64,000 bases of DNA from Sphingorhabdus sp. (lineage in GTDB: Bacteria > Pseudomonadota > Alphaproteobacteria > Sphingomonadales > Sphingomonadaceae): assembly GCF_035329025.1 (NCBI RefSeq), contig NZ_DAOLHN010000011.1, positions 353 to 64,352 on the forward strand. Reading direction: 5' to 3'. Positions 48,368 through 57,943 of this stretch are shown piece by piece. A program made the translations under genes and the position numbers. The notes under the pieces were generated by a model. That model did no database searches and was not told the DNA's origin. It saw nothing but the letters and a program-made list of their open reading frames with translations. The first letter of the stretch is position 1; the number at the start of each line of letters is the position of its first letter.

Positions 48368-48436
48368 ACCGCAGTGCTGAGCCTGTCGAAGCACGTTTTA
48401 CGGACAAGCGCCCTTCGACAGGCTCAGGGCTCCGGT
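48368..48436. repeat. REP/MITE-like element, family C, copy 1
   Basis: gtgctgagcctgtcgaagcac ... cccttcgacaggctcagggc. Confidence 0.85.
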
Positions 48437-48453
48437 TTGGGAGGATAGAAAAT

Positions 48454-48846
48454 ATGGCACACAACCCCGCAGAAATCTGGCACCGCGTCGCGCTGTCGAA
48501 AGATGTCGCCGAGATTGAAAAGATCCTGCACGACGACTGTGTTTTCGAAAGCCCGGTCGTCCACAGCCCGCAGCTAGGCAAGGCTATCACCTCCAAATAT
48601 CTCGCTGCTGCCGGCCACACGCTGGGCAATGATACATTCCGCTATGTCGGCGAATGGCACCGCGAGAACAGCTCAATCCTGGAATTCACAGCCGAAATCG
48701 ACGGTATCAAAATCAATGGCATCGACATGATTTCATGTGACGATGATGGCCTGATCACCCATTTCAAAGTGATGGTGCGTCCTTTGAAAGCCGTGAATAT
48801 GCTTCACCAAAAAATGGGCGAGATGCTGGCAGCGATGAAGGGCTGA
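48454..48846 (+). CDS. NTF2/SnoaL-like protein
   Basis: F.SPVVH, F.Y..E, GID.I..DDDG.I..F.VMVRP. Confidence 0.85.
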   Translation: MAHNPAEIWHRVALSKDVAEIEKILHDDCVFESPVVHSPQLGKAITSKYLAAAGHTLGNDTFRYVGEWHRENSSILEFTAEIDGIKINGIDMISCDDDGLITHFKVMVRPLKAVNMLHQKMGEMLAAMKG

Positions 48847-49547
48847 TGCAGCGACTGCGCCTGTTTGTGCCCCTGCTCGCCGGGGCAAGCCTGCGTGATC
48901 GCAGCGGCGCTGCTGCCGGCGCAGCCTTTGGCGTATTGGGGGCCGCCCTCACAGGCATGCTGATTGGATATGCCTTTCCCGATTTTCCGTTCCTGGTTGC
49001 GCCTATCGGCGCCTCGGCAGTTCTGGTTTTTGCCGTGCCCGCCAGCCCCCTCGCCCAGCCGTGGCCGGTATTCGGCGGCAATGTGGTTTCCGGCTCTGTC
49101 GCCGTAGCGGTTGCCTATGCAATTCCCGATCCGGCGCTTGCCGTCGGACTGGCAGTCGGGCTGGCGATCATGGGAATGTCGATCCTGCGCTGCCTCCACC
49201 CGCCCGGCGGTGCCGTTGCGATTACTGCAATATTGGGTGGGGATGCCATCGTGAAGGCAAGCTTTGCTTATCCGGTAACGCTGGTCGCCGCGAACAGTGC
49301 GGCATTGCTGGCAATGGGCTGGCTCTACCATCGTTTTTCACGCCACAGTTATCCGCATCGACCGGAACCTGTGGTCGAGTCCCCCATATTGTCGGGCCTG
49401 CTGCGCGCCGACATCGATCAAGCCATTGCCGAAAGCGGCGAAACCTTTGACATTGATCTGGAAGATCTGGAAAATCTCTTGCTCCGCGCAGAGGCCATTT
49501 CTGCCGACCGGCAGCAACGAGAGGCCAACACCGACTATTCGATCTGA
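48846..49547 (+). CDS. HPP family membrane protein
   Basis: APIGASAVLVF, SPLAQP, LHPPGGA. Confidence 0.92.
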   Translation: MQRLRLFVPLLAGASLRDRSGAAAGAAFGVLGAALTGMLIGYAFPDFPFLVAPIGASAVLVFAVPASPLAQPWPVFGGNVVSGSVAVAVAYAIPDPALAVGLAVGLAIMGMSILRCLHPPGGAVAITAILGGDAIVKASFAYPVTLVAANSAALLAMGWLYHRFSRHSYPHRPEPVVESPILSGLLRADIDQAIAESGETFDIDLEDLENLLLRAEAISADRQQREANTDYSI

Positions 49548-49642
49548 GTGGCATCGACATGGCGGGAGGCAACTGCCGTCGTTGCTACAGGTAAATTCCC
49601 AGTTGAATTTCGCGGCATAATCCCTAAATCGACGCTCGATCC

Positions 49643-49752
49643 GGGCCCCTCTGGCGCATGCGGCGGCATGCGTGATGTCGGATTGTTCATCCGAAAGCGC
49701 GACACGCGGCGCAACCTCCGTCTCTCGGGACGGATTGGACACATAGGGGCCC
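49643..49752 (+). ncRNA. Structured cis-regulatory leader RNA upstream of terC (terC-motif-like candidate)
   Basis: Closing stem gggcccct/aggggccc containing the SD, enclosing four hairpins. Confidence 0.7.
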
Positions 49753-49757
49753 TACAG

Positions 49758-50744
49758 ATGGATTTCCTGTTCGATATGTTTTTGGGTACGCCGGTCTGGT
49801 TCTGGCTTGCCTTCATCGGCATTGTTGTTGCCTTGACCGCCTTTGACCTTGGTTTCCTGCACAAGGAAGATAAGGAAATGGGCATTAAGGAAAGCCTGAA
49901 GCTTTCCGCATTCTACATCGGCATCGCCTTGGCCTTCGGCCTGTGGGTCTGGTATGCCAAAGGCCCCGATCTGGGCATGAAATATTATACCGGCTTCTTC
50001 ATCGAAAAGGCGCTGTCGATCGACAATGTCTTCGTGATCAGCCTGATTTTCACCTATTTCGCGATCCCAGCCAAATATCAGTACCGAGCCCTGCTTTGGG
50101 GCATCATCGCGGTGATTGTGTTGCGCGGCCTGATGATCGCGGCGGGTGCTGCACTGGTGCAGGAGTTCTACTGGACGCTCTATCTGTTCGCGGCCTTCCT
50201 GATCGCGACGGGTGTGAAGATGCTGTTCAGCGGCGATCAGGAAATGGACGTGTCCAAAAATCCTGTCGTCAAGTTCATGAACAAGCATTTCCGCGTCACG
50301 CATGAGCTGCATGGCGAGAAGTTCCTCGTGAAGGTCCCTGATAGCAAGACCGGCAAAATGGTCACCGCGATGACCCCGCTGTTGCTGGCGTTGATCGTTA
50401 TCAATCTGGCGGACTTGGTATTCGCGGTGGATTCGGTACCGGCGATCTTTGCGATCACGACCGACACCTTCATCGTTTACACCTCGAACATCATGGCGAT
50501 CCTTGGCCTGCGCGCGCTCTATTTCGCGCTGGCGGCGATGGTGCACCGTTTCCATTACCTCAAATATGCACTCGCGCTGGTGCTGGTGTTTATCGGGTCG
50601 AAGATTTTCATCTCCGACTTCCTGATCGGCGGCGACAAATTCCCGCCGGTAATCAGCCTGAGCGTGACCTTCGCGTTGATATTGGGCGGGATATTCTACT
50701 CGCTCTGGAAGACGAAGAGCGAGGACCAGCAAGCAGCGGCTTAA
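49758..50744 (+). CDS. TerC/Alx family membrane protein
   Basis: EKALSIDNVFV, DLVFAVDSVPA, SNIMAILGLRALYF. Confidence 0.93.
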   Translation: MDFLFDMFLGTPVWFWLAFIGIVVALTAFDLGFLHKEDKEMGIKESLKLSAFYIGIALAFGLWVWYAKGPDLGMKYYTGFFIEKALSIDNVFVISLIFTYFAIPAKYQYRALLWGIIAVIVLRGLMIAAGAALVQEFYWTLYLFAAFLIATGVKMLFSGDQEMDVSKNPVVKFMNKHFRVTHELHGEKFLVKVPDSKTGKMVTAMTPLLLALIVINLADLVFAVDSVPAIFAITTDTFIVYTSNIMAILGLRALYFALAAMVHRFHYLKYALALVLVFIGSKIFISDFLIGGDKFPPVISLSVTFALILGGIFYSLWKTKSEDQQAAA

Positions 50745-50765
50745 ACCGACCGGTTTCTCCCAGGG

Positions 50766-50805
50766 AAGACCCCGTACCTTGAACAAGGGTGCGGGGTTTT
50801 CTTTT
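50766..50805 (+). terminator. Rho-independent terminator after terC
   Basis: aagaccccgtacc / ggtgcggggtttt stem followed by ctttt. Confidence 0.75.
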
Positions 50806-50861
50806 GGCCGGAGAAGGAAAAAGGCCTTGTGTCCCCTGCCCGCTCTCCCCAAATGGAGGGC

Positions 50862-51437
50862 ATGATTATCGAGACCGAACTGACGCCGAATCCGGCCACA
50901 ATCAAATTCCTGCCCGGACGCATCGTAATGGATGCCGGAACCCGCGATTTTGCCGACCATGAAGAGGCGGAAGCTTCTCCACTCGCCGAAGCCTTGTTTG
51001 GCCTTGGCGATGTGACCGGTGTCTTTTTCGGTCGCGAATTTATCTCGGTAACCGCTGCCCCCGGCGTCAGCTGGGCCGACCTGAAGCCCGATGTGCTGTC
51101 GATCCTGCTCGATCATTTCTCGGCCGACATGCCGTTGTTCCATGCGCCCAAGGCCGGTTTCTCGGTTCCCGCAGCGGATGACGAATATCCGCTCGACGAC
51201 CCCGCCGACGCAGAAATTGTCGACCAGATCAAGGAACTGATCGAAACCCGCGTCCGTCCCGCGGTCGCCAATGATGGCGGCGATATTGTCTATCGCGGTT
51301 TCCAGCGCGGCGTCGTTTTCCTGCAGATGCAAGGGGCCTGTTCGGGCTGCCCTTCATCGAGCGCGACGCTGAAAAATGGCATCGAACAGCTTTTGAAACA
51401 TTATGTGCCCGAAGTGACCGAAGTCCGCGCGGCCTGA
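50862..51437 (+). CDS. nfuA: NifU/NfuA family Fe-S carrier
   Basis: TPNPATIKF, RPAVANDGGD, GACSGCPSS. Confidence 0.93.
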   Translation: MIIETELTPNPATIKFLPGRIVMDAGTRDFADHEEAEASPLAEALFGLGDVTGVFFGREFISVTAAPGVSWADLKPDVLSILLDHFSADMPLFHAPKAGFSVPAADDEYPLDDPADAEIVDQIKELIETRVRPAVANDGGDIVYRGFQRGVVFLQMQGACSGCPSSSATLKNGIEQLLKHYVPEVTEVRAA

Positions 51438-51461
51438 CAACTTACCAACTGGGGAACCAAT

Positions 51462-52058
51462 ATGCCGATCAATCAGCCGCTGGGCGATGCCGCGCTCGAC
51501 CAGCTTTTCCGCACCGCTCGCACCTATAATGGCTATCTCGACACGCCGGTGTCGAACGACCAGTTGGAAGCGGTGTGGGAGCTGATGAAGTACGGTCCGA
51601 CTTCGGCCAACTGCCTGCCCGCGCGCATTGTCTGGTGCGTCAGCGATGAATCGAAGCAAAAGCTTGCGGCGCTTGCCATGCCCGCCAATGGCGAGAAAAT
51701 CCTGCAGGCACCTGCAACCGCGATCATTGGCATGGACATGGAATTCTACGAAAACCTGCCCGAACTGTTCCCGCATACCGATGCACGCAGCTGGTTCGTC
51801 GGAAATGATGCGCTGATCGAAAAAACCGCGTTCCGCAACAGCAGCCTTCAGGGCGGCTATTTCATTCTCGCCGCGCGTGCGCTCGGGTTGGATACCGGTG
51901 CGATGTCGGGTTTCAACAATGATGCGGTAGACGCCGAGTTCTTTGCCGGCACCAAGGTGAAATCGAACTTCATCTCGACCATCGGCTATGGCGACCCGGC
52001 GACAATCTTCGAACGCAGCCCGCGTCCGGAATTTGCCCGCTTTAACAAGATCGTCTGA
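51462..52058 (+). CDS. RutE-like malonic semialdehyde reductase (nitroreductase family)
   Basis: LFRTART, GPTSANC.P.R, RNSSLQGGY, R.LGLD.G.MSGF. Confidence 0.85.
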   Translation: MPINQPLGDAALDQLFRTARTYNGYLDTPVSNDQLEAVWELMKYGPTSANCLPARIVWCVSDESKQKLAALAMPANGEKILQAPATAIIGMDMEFYENLPELFPHTDARSWFVGNDALIEKTAFRNSSLQGGYFILAARALGLDTGAMSGFNNDAVDAEFFAGTKVKSNFISTIGYGDPATIFERSPRPEFARFNKIV

Positions 52059-52076
52059 TCGTCTACGCGACGTCGC

Positions 52077-52694
52077 GTGAGACGGCTGGTTATCGACACT
52101 GCATCGCGCGCCTGCTCGGTTGCGCTCTTTGAAGGCACTGAGTGCATCGACGCGCGCCATGAAGTGATCGGGCGCGGCCATGCCGAGCGGCTGGTGCCGA
52201 TGATTGCTGAACTCCCTGAAAAGGGGCTGGCCGATATTATCTCGGTAAATGTCGGACCGGGCAGCTTCACCGGTATCCGCGTTGGCCTGTCTGCCGCCAA
52301 AGCTCTGGGATTGGCATGGAATGTCGATTGCGAAGGCTATAATAGCCTGGCCATGCTTGCCGCAATTGCGCTCGACAAAATCGGAAACGCCGAACCGATA
52401 GATGTCGCCATCCACGGTGGCCATGGTGAATTGTTTTTCCAGTCTTTCGATGCCGTGGGTTCAGCGATTGCTGATGCTTGTTCCTTATTACCTGAAGCGG
52501 CAGCCCTAAGGTCCAAGGCCAACTATATTGTTGGCGATGCTGCAGCCGCTTTGATTGACATACGTGAAGCAGGCATTGCGGTAGAGGCTGTCTCTGACGC
52601 TCGCTTTTGGCCTGCCATCGCCCATCTTCCAACGCTCGCGCCTTCCGCCGCTTATGTGCGCGGCCCGGACGCAAAATTACCGACGGCCCGATGA
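52077..52694 (+). CDS. tsaB: t6A biosynthesis protein TsaB
   Basis: IDTAS, HAERL, GPGSFTGIRVG. Confidence 0.95.
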   Translation: MRRLVIDTASRACSVALFEGTECIDARHEVIGRGHAERLVPMIAELPEKGLADIISVNVGPGSFTGIRVGLSAAKALGLAWNVDCEGYNSLAMLAAIALDKIGNAEPIDVAIHGGHGELFFQSFDAVGSAIADACSLLPEAAALRSKANYIVGDAAAALIDIREAGIAVEAVSDARFWPAIAHLPTLAPSAAYVRGPDAKLPTAR

Positions 52695-53152
52695 CAGATA
52701 TCTCCATCATCACGGGCGACGCCAGCGACATTGCTGCGATAATGCCCGTCATGAACAGTGCTTTTGATCCGAAATATGGAGAAGCGTGGACAGCGGCCCA
52801 ATGCCTTTCACTATTAGCCTTGCCCCAAACCAGCATATTGCTGGCGGAGCAAAGCGGCAAAATTGCAGGATTTGCCCTCACCCGTTGGGTTTGTGATGAA
52901 GAAGAATTGTTGATGATCGGGGTCGCACCGGAACATCAGCGCAAAGGCATAGCGCGCGCTCTCTTGGCGCATATTGTTGATCAAGCAAGACAGGCTGGGC
53001 GCAACCGCATTTTCCTCGAAGTACGGTCAAACAACAGCGCACTGCTCTTCTATCAGAACCACGGCTTCGAACGCTGCGGAACCCGGAAGTCTTACTACAG
53101 AGGTATCAACGGTGATCGCTTCGATGCGAGCACCATGGCATTGAACTTTTGA
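52691..53152 (+). CDS. rimI: RimI-like GNAT acetyltransferase
   Basis: QRKGIAR, LEVRSNN, FYQ.HGF, RKSYY; conserved position after tsaB. Confidence 0.85.
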   Translation: MTDISIITGDASDIAAIMPVMNSAFDPKYGEAWTAAQCLSLLALPQTSILLAEQSGKIAGFALTRWVCDEEELLMIGVAPEHQRKGIARALLAHIVDQARQAGRNRIFLEVRSNNSALLFYQNHGFERCGTRKSYYRGINGDRFDASTMALNF

Positions 53153-53285
53153 TATACTTTCAACCCGAATGATGATTTGGACTGAATTGGGAAAATTTCT
53201 CTGTGAAATTTATTGATAATGAACAGTTGAGATGCTTTAATAACATTGCTGTCAAAAACAAAATACCGGGTAAGGGAGAATATAT

Positions 53286-53720
53286 ATGGCTGAAGATAGC
53301 AATGACACGAATGAAATGCTGATCACGCTCACCGCAGATATTGTGGCGGCGCATGTCAGCAACAATACGGTGGCGGTTTCTGATTTGCCGACCTTGATTT
53401 CCAATATCCATGGCGCACTAGCCGGCCTGTCTGCGGGCGCTGCTGCACCTGCAGTGGCACTTGAACCTGCCGTTCCGATCCGTTCTTCTGTAAAGCGCGA
53501 TTATATCGTCTGCCTTGAAGACGGCAAGAAACTGAAAATGCTCAAGCGCCACCTGATGACACATTATGGCATGACGCCGGATGACTATCGTGCAAAGTGG
53601 GGTCTGGCAGCGGACTATCCGATGGTTGCCCCGGCCTATGCCGAACAGCGTCGCGACCTTGCAAAGGCAATCGGCCTGGGCCGTGCACCGGGTTCTGGCC
53701 GCAAAAAGAAAGTGAAATAG
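53286..53720 (+). CDS. mucR: MucR/Ros family transcriptional regulator
   Basis: [31 protein letters not shown]. Confidence 0.95.
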   Translation: MAEDSNDTNEMLITLTADIVAAHVSNNTVAVSDLPTLISNIHGALAGLSAGAAAPAVALEPAVPIRSSVKRDYIVCLEDGKKLKMLKRHLMTHYGMTPDDYRAKWGLAADYPMVAPAYAEQRRDLAKAIGLGRAPGSGRKKKVK

Positions 53721-53742
53721 TCTTTCACTCAAAGCGGAATTG

Positions 53743-53780
53743 ATGAAAGGGCCGGTCTGGTGTGGACTGGCCCTTTTCAT
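53743..53780. terminator. Hairpin/terminator after mucR
   Basis: atgaaagggccggtc / gactggcccttttcat. Confidence 0.7.
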
Positions 53781-53814
53781 TGACGAATCCCCGCGCGACA
53801 CTAAATACCGTAAC

Positions 53815-54237
53815 ATGGAATCCCGGATTGACCTTGAAGCGCTGTGCGCCGAACGCGGCCTGCGCATTACCGACCAGCGGCGCGTAATCGCGCGCGTCAT
53901 ATCCGATGCAGACGATCATCCCGATGTCGAAGAACTCTATCGCCGCGCATCTGCGATAGACGCAAAGATTTCGATTGCGACCGTTTACCGCACGGTCCGC
54001 CTGTTCGAAGAAGCAGGCATTCTCGACCGCCATGATTTTGGCGACGGGCGCGCGCGCTATGAGGCATCGCCGGAGGCGCATCACGACCATTTGATCGACG
54101 TCGAAACCGGCAAAGTCATCGAGTTTGTCGATCCGGAACTTGAGGCGTTGCAAAAAGTGATAGCGGAAAAGCTGGGTTATCGCTTAGTCGACCACCGTAT
54201 GGAGCTATACGGCGTTGCACTCAGCCGCGACGATTAA
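53815..54237 (+). CDS. fur: Fur family regulator
   Basis: GLRITDQR, HP, ISIATVYRT, HHDHLI. Confidence 0.92.
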   Translation: MESRIDLEALCAERGLRITDQRRVIARVISDADDHPDVEELYRRASAIDAKISIATVYRTVRLFEEAGILDRHDFGDGRARYEASPEAHHDHLIDVETGKVIEFVDPELEALQKVIAEKLGYRLVDHRMELYGVALSRDD

Positions 54238-55009
54238 GCAGCGCAACCCGATCGGCCTGATTTTCGGGCAGATCCTGTTTGGCGCGCGCCTGTTGCTGAT
54301 GGCCGCATCGCTTCTGGTCGGGCTGCTCCTCCACAATATCTGGCGCCTGTTTCGCCAGCCATCACCCTGGCCACGACTTTTCCTGCTGTCGATTAGCTGG
54401 ACCGCCGGTATTGCGACCGCAACCAGCGGTCAGCGCATCCGAAAAAATGTCTTCTACGCAGCAAACCATCATAGCTGGATCGATATTCCAGTGATTTCTG
54501 GCGTCACCGGCTGCACCTTTGTCGCCAATGACGGGATCGAAAAATGGCCGCTGATCGGCTGGCTGTGCACGATCAACAACACTATCTTTGTCAGCCGCGA
54601 AAACCGTTTGAGCGTCGGCGATCAGGTCGACGATTTGCGCGAAGCGATGAGCGGCGAGCAACCTGTCACGATCTTCCCCGAAGGCACCACGCATGATGGC
54701 TCCGGCTTGCTCCCCTTCAAACCCTCGCTTTTTGCCGCGCTTGTTCCGCCTCCTGAAGGCATGATGGTGCAGCCGGTATTCCTCACCTATGGCGAACATA
54801 CGCGTCGCCTATCCTGGGTGGGCGAAGAGGGCATTGTCGAAAATTTCTGGCGGATCATGACCTATGTGATGCCCGTCACCGCGACACTCCATTTTCTGGA
54901 ACCGTTCGATCCATCCCACTACCCCGATCGCAAGGCGATTTCGGCGGAAGTGCGGCATCGCATCACGGAGGCAATGCAGGCTGGCGACCACTATAGGCGC
55001 GATGTATAG
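54215..55009 (+). CDS. Lysophospholipid acyltransferase (PlsC/OlsA-like)
   Basis: NHHSWID, FPEGTT; start codon uncertain. Confidence 0.88.
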   Translation: MHSAATIKQRNPIGLIFGQILFGARLLLMAASLLVGLLLHNIWRLFRQPSPWPRLFLLSISWTAGIATATSGQRIRKNVFYAANHHSWIDIPVISGVTGCTFVANDGIEKWPLIGWLCTINNTIFVSRENRLSVGDQVDDLREAMSGEQPVTIFPEGTTHDGSGLLPFKPSLFAALVPPPEGMMVQPVFLTYGEHTRRLSWVGEEGIVENFWRIMTYVMPVTATLHFLEPFDPSHYPDRKAISAEVRHRITEAMQAGDHYRRDV

Positions 55010-55018
55010 CGCCGCTCC

Positions 55019-56335
55019 ATGAGCAACGAGTCGCCCAAGACCTTTCACGTCAAAAATTACGGCTGCCAGATGAACGTCTATGATGGCGAGCGCATGGCAG
55101 AGATGTTTGCCGCGCGCGGCATGGAGGCGTCGGACAAGGAGGATGCCGACCTTGTCATCCTCAATACCTGCCATATCCGTGAGAAAGCGGCCGAGAAAGT
55201 CTATTCCGAAATCGGTCGGCTGCGCCGCAAGGATGGCAGTTCGCCGGTGATCGCCGTGGCTGGCTGTGTCGCGCAGGCCGAAGGCGGAGAAATCAGCCGC
55301 CGCGCCAGCGAAGTTGACATCGTCGTCGGCCCACAGGCGTATCACAAACTGCCCGACATGGTTGCTGCCGTCGCCAAGGGCGAAAGCACGGTTGACCTGG
55401 GCTTGCCCGGGCTCGACAAGTTCGCCGCCCTGCCCAAGCGCCGCAAGACCGGACCAACCGCCTTCCTGACCGTGCAGGAAGGCTGCGACAAATTCTGCAC
55501 CTATTGTGTGGTGCCCTATACGCGCGGCGCTGAAATCAGCCGTCCCTTCGCCGAACTGGTCGATGAAGCCAAAGCGCTGGTCGATGCGGGGGCGAAGGAA
55601 ATCACCCTGCTGGGCCAGAATGTGAACGCTTGGGGTGATGGTGAACAGGATCTGGGAACATTGATCCGCGCGCTCGACCGAATCGATGGCTTGCACCGCA
55701 TCCGCTATATGACCAGTCATCCCAACGACATGACCGACGGGCTGATTGCCGCGCATGGCGATGTCGAAAAGCTGATGCCTTATCTGCACCTCCCGGTGCA
55801 GGCGGGCAATGACCGCATATTGAAAGCCATGAACCGCAGCCACAGCCGTGAGAGTTATTTGCGGATCATCGAAAAGGTGCGCGCGGTACGCCCCGATATC
55901 GCGCTGTCTGGCGATTTCATCGTTGGCTTCCCCGGCGAGACCGACGCCGAGTTTGAAGACACGCTGAGCATCGTGCGCGAGACAGTCTATTCCTACGCAT
56001 ACTCTTTCAAATACAGCCCCCGCCCGGGCACGCCTGCCGCAACGATGGACGGACAGATTGCGCCCGAAGTGGCGGACGAACGGCTGCAAAGGCTGCAGGC
56101 ATTGATCAGCGAGCAGCAGGCGGCTTTCAACCGCGGCACTCTAGGCAAACGCACATCGGTGTTGCTCGAAAAGCCCGGCAAGCTCGAAGGCCAGCTGATT
56201 GGCAAGTCGCCCTGGCTACAATCTGTGCATATCTTGGCACCGGGGCTTTCCATCGGCGATATTGTCGATGTAGATATAGTCGAAGCCGGTCCACTGAGTC
56301 TCAAGGGAGAGTTATTGATGCAGGTCGCAGCCTGA
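55019..56335 (+). CDS. miaB: tRNA methylthiotransferase MiaB
   Basis: [20 protein letters not shown] radical SAM, TRAM domain. Confidence 0.97.
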   Translation: MSNESPKTFHVKNYGCQMNVYDGERMAEMFAARGMEASDKEDADLVILNTCHIREKAAEKVYSEIGRLRRKDGSSPVIAVAGCVAQAEGGEISRRASEVDIVVGPQAYHKLPDMVAAVAKGESTVDLGLPGLDKFAALPKRRKTGPTAFLTVQEGCDKFCTYCVVPYTRGAEISRPFAELVDEAKALVDAGAKEITLLGQNVNAWGDGEQDLGTLIRALDRIDGLHRIRYMTSHPNDMTDGLIAAHGDVEKLMPYLHLPVQAGNDRILKAMNRSHSRESYLRIIEKVRAVRPDIALSGDFIVGFPGETDAEFEDTLSIVRETVYSYAYSFKYSPRPGTPAATMDGQIAPEVADERLQRLQALISEQQAAFNRGTLGKRTSVLLEKPGKLEGQLIGKSPWLQSVHILAPGLSIGDIVDVDIVEAGPLSLKGELLMQVAA

Positions 56336-57331
56336 ATGGCGAAAAAAGCCCAAGCGCAAGCCGGCGATATGTCGCGGCTCGAAATCACCTTCGACCGCCC
56401 GCACCTCATCAATACCGTATTCGGCGAATTTGATCGCAATTTGGTCGCCATTGAGAACCGGCTGGGAGTCTATATTTCAGCGCGCGGCAACCGGGTGCAG
56501 ATTGAGGGCGAGGCAGGAGCAATCGCCCGCGCCCGCGATGTCCTGAACGATATTTACAGCCGCGTGATGCGCGGCGAGGAGATTGACCCTGAAGCTGTGC
56601 AAGCGATCATTTCGATGAGCGCCGAACCGACACTCGACGGTATTGTCCGCAAGGATGCCGACGGCGCCCCCGAGGTGATGATCCGCACCCGCAAGAAAAC
56701 GCTGGTGCCGCGATCGGCCACGCAGGTGCCCTATATGCACGCGCTGGCGCGCGACGAGATTATCTTCGCGCTCGGCCCGGCAGGAACGGGCAAGACCTAT
56801 CTTGCGGTGGCGCAGGCGGTAGCGATGCTGATTACCGGGGCGGTTGACCGGCTCATCCTGTCACGCCCTGCGGTTGAAGCGGGCGAACGGCTGGGCTTCC
56901 TTCCCGGCGACATGAAGGAAAAGGTCGATCCCTATCTCCGCCCGATTTACGACGCGCTGCATGACACTTTGCCGGTCGAGCAGGTCGAGCGGCGGATCGC
57001 CAGCGGTGAGATTGAAATCGCCCCCCTCGCGTTCATGCGCGGGCGCACGCTTTCCAACGCCTTCATCATCCTCGACGAGGCGCAGAACACCACGCCTGCG
57101 CAGATGAAGATGTTCCTCACCCGTTTTGGCATGGACAGCCGCATGGTGATCTGCGGCGACCCCAATCAGGTCGATATTCCCGGTGGCGCGACCTATTCGG
57201 GGCTGAATGATGCAGTGCAGCGGCTCGAAGGCGTCGAAGGCATAACCACCATCCGCTTCAACAGCAGCGACGTTGTCCGCCACCCGCTGGTCGGTCGCAT
57301 TGTCGATGCTTATGAGGGGCCAAATGCTTGA
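56336..57331 (+). CDS. phoH: PhoH family ATPase
   Basis: [31 protein letters not shown]. Confidence 0.96.
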   Translation: MAKKAQAQAGDMSRLEITFDRPHLINTVFGEFDRNLVAIENRLGVYISARGNRVQIEGEAGAIARARDVLNDIYSRVMRGEEIDPEAVQAIISMSAEPTLDGIVRKDADGAPEVMIRTRKKTLVPRSATQVPYMHALARDEIIFALGPAGTGKTYLAVAQAVAMLITGAVDRLILSRPAVEAGERLGFLPGDMKEKVDPYLRPIYDALHDTLPVEQVERRIASGEIEIAPLAFMRGRTLSNAFIILDEAQNTTPAQMKMFLTRFGMDSRMVICGDPNQVDIPGGATYSGLNDAVQRLEGVEGITTIRFNSSDVVRHPLVGRIVDAYEGPNA

Positions 57332-57914
57332 GGTCGACATCGACCGGACGCGCGATTGGGATGGCCAGATTGACTGGGATCGAATAGCGGAAGACGCAGT
57401 AAAGGCAGCTTTTTCAGTATCATCGCATGGCGATTTGGCGGATGCGCCTTTCAAAATGTCGATCAGCATACAACTGTCGGATGATCAAGAAGTGCATGAA
57501 CTCAATCGTAATTGGCGGGGTAAGGACAAGCCCACCAATGTGCTGAGTTTTCCGATGCTCGAATCCGACGAACTGGCAGCGTTGCTTTCTCCCCTCCCCT
57601 TCAGGGGAGGGGTCGGGGGTGGGGCTGCTCAGCCCTTGCGCGACATCGGACAGCCCCACCCCAACCCCTCCCCTGAAGGGGAGGGGCTAGAAGTGCTGCT
57701 CGGTGATATGATATTGGCCTATGGTGTCTGCGCATCCGAAGCCGAGGACAAGGCCATCCCGCTGACGCGGCACGTAAGCCACCTGATCGTCCACGGCACG
57801 CTGCACCTTCTAGGGCTCGACCATATCGATGAAGCAGAGGCCGAGCATATGGAGGCACTGGAGGTAAAAGCGCTTGCATCGCTGGGCATCGCCAATCCAT
57901 ATAGCGACCATTGA
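57324..57914 (+). CDS. ybeY: rRNA maturation endoribonuclease YbeY carrying a 32-aa in-frame palindromic insertion
   Basis: LN..WRGKDKPTNVLSFP, LGD, HGTLHLLGLDH intact; extra segment between ELAALLS and LEVLLGD. Confidence 0.95.
   Translation: MLEVDIDRTRDWDGQIDWDRIAEDAVKAAFSVSSHGDLADAPFKMSISIQLSDDQEVHELNRNWRGKDKPTNVLSFPMLESDELAALLSPLPFRGGVGGGAAQPLRDIGQPHPNPSPEGEGLEVLLGDMILAYGVCASEAEDKAIPLTRHVSHLIVHGTLHLLGLDHIDEAEAEHMEALEVKALASLGIANPYSDH
57591..57686 (+). repeat. REP/MITE-like element, family A, copy 3 (intragenic, in frame)
   Basis: cccctccccttcaggggagggg (57591-57612) and its exact reverse complement (57665-57686); 96 bp. Confidence 0.92.
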
Positions 57915-57943
57915 AAACAGCCGGAGGCAGCATAGCCAACCCC

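Noticed and set aside
49752-51332. 526-aa - strand ORF (likewise 54809-56089)
   Set aside because: Shadows of terC/nfuA and of plsC/miaB.
53205-53235. Fur/Irr box upstream of mucR
   Set aside because: Only a GATAATGA half-match in a generally AT-rich promoter.
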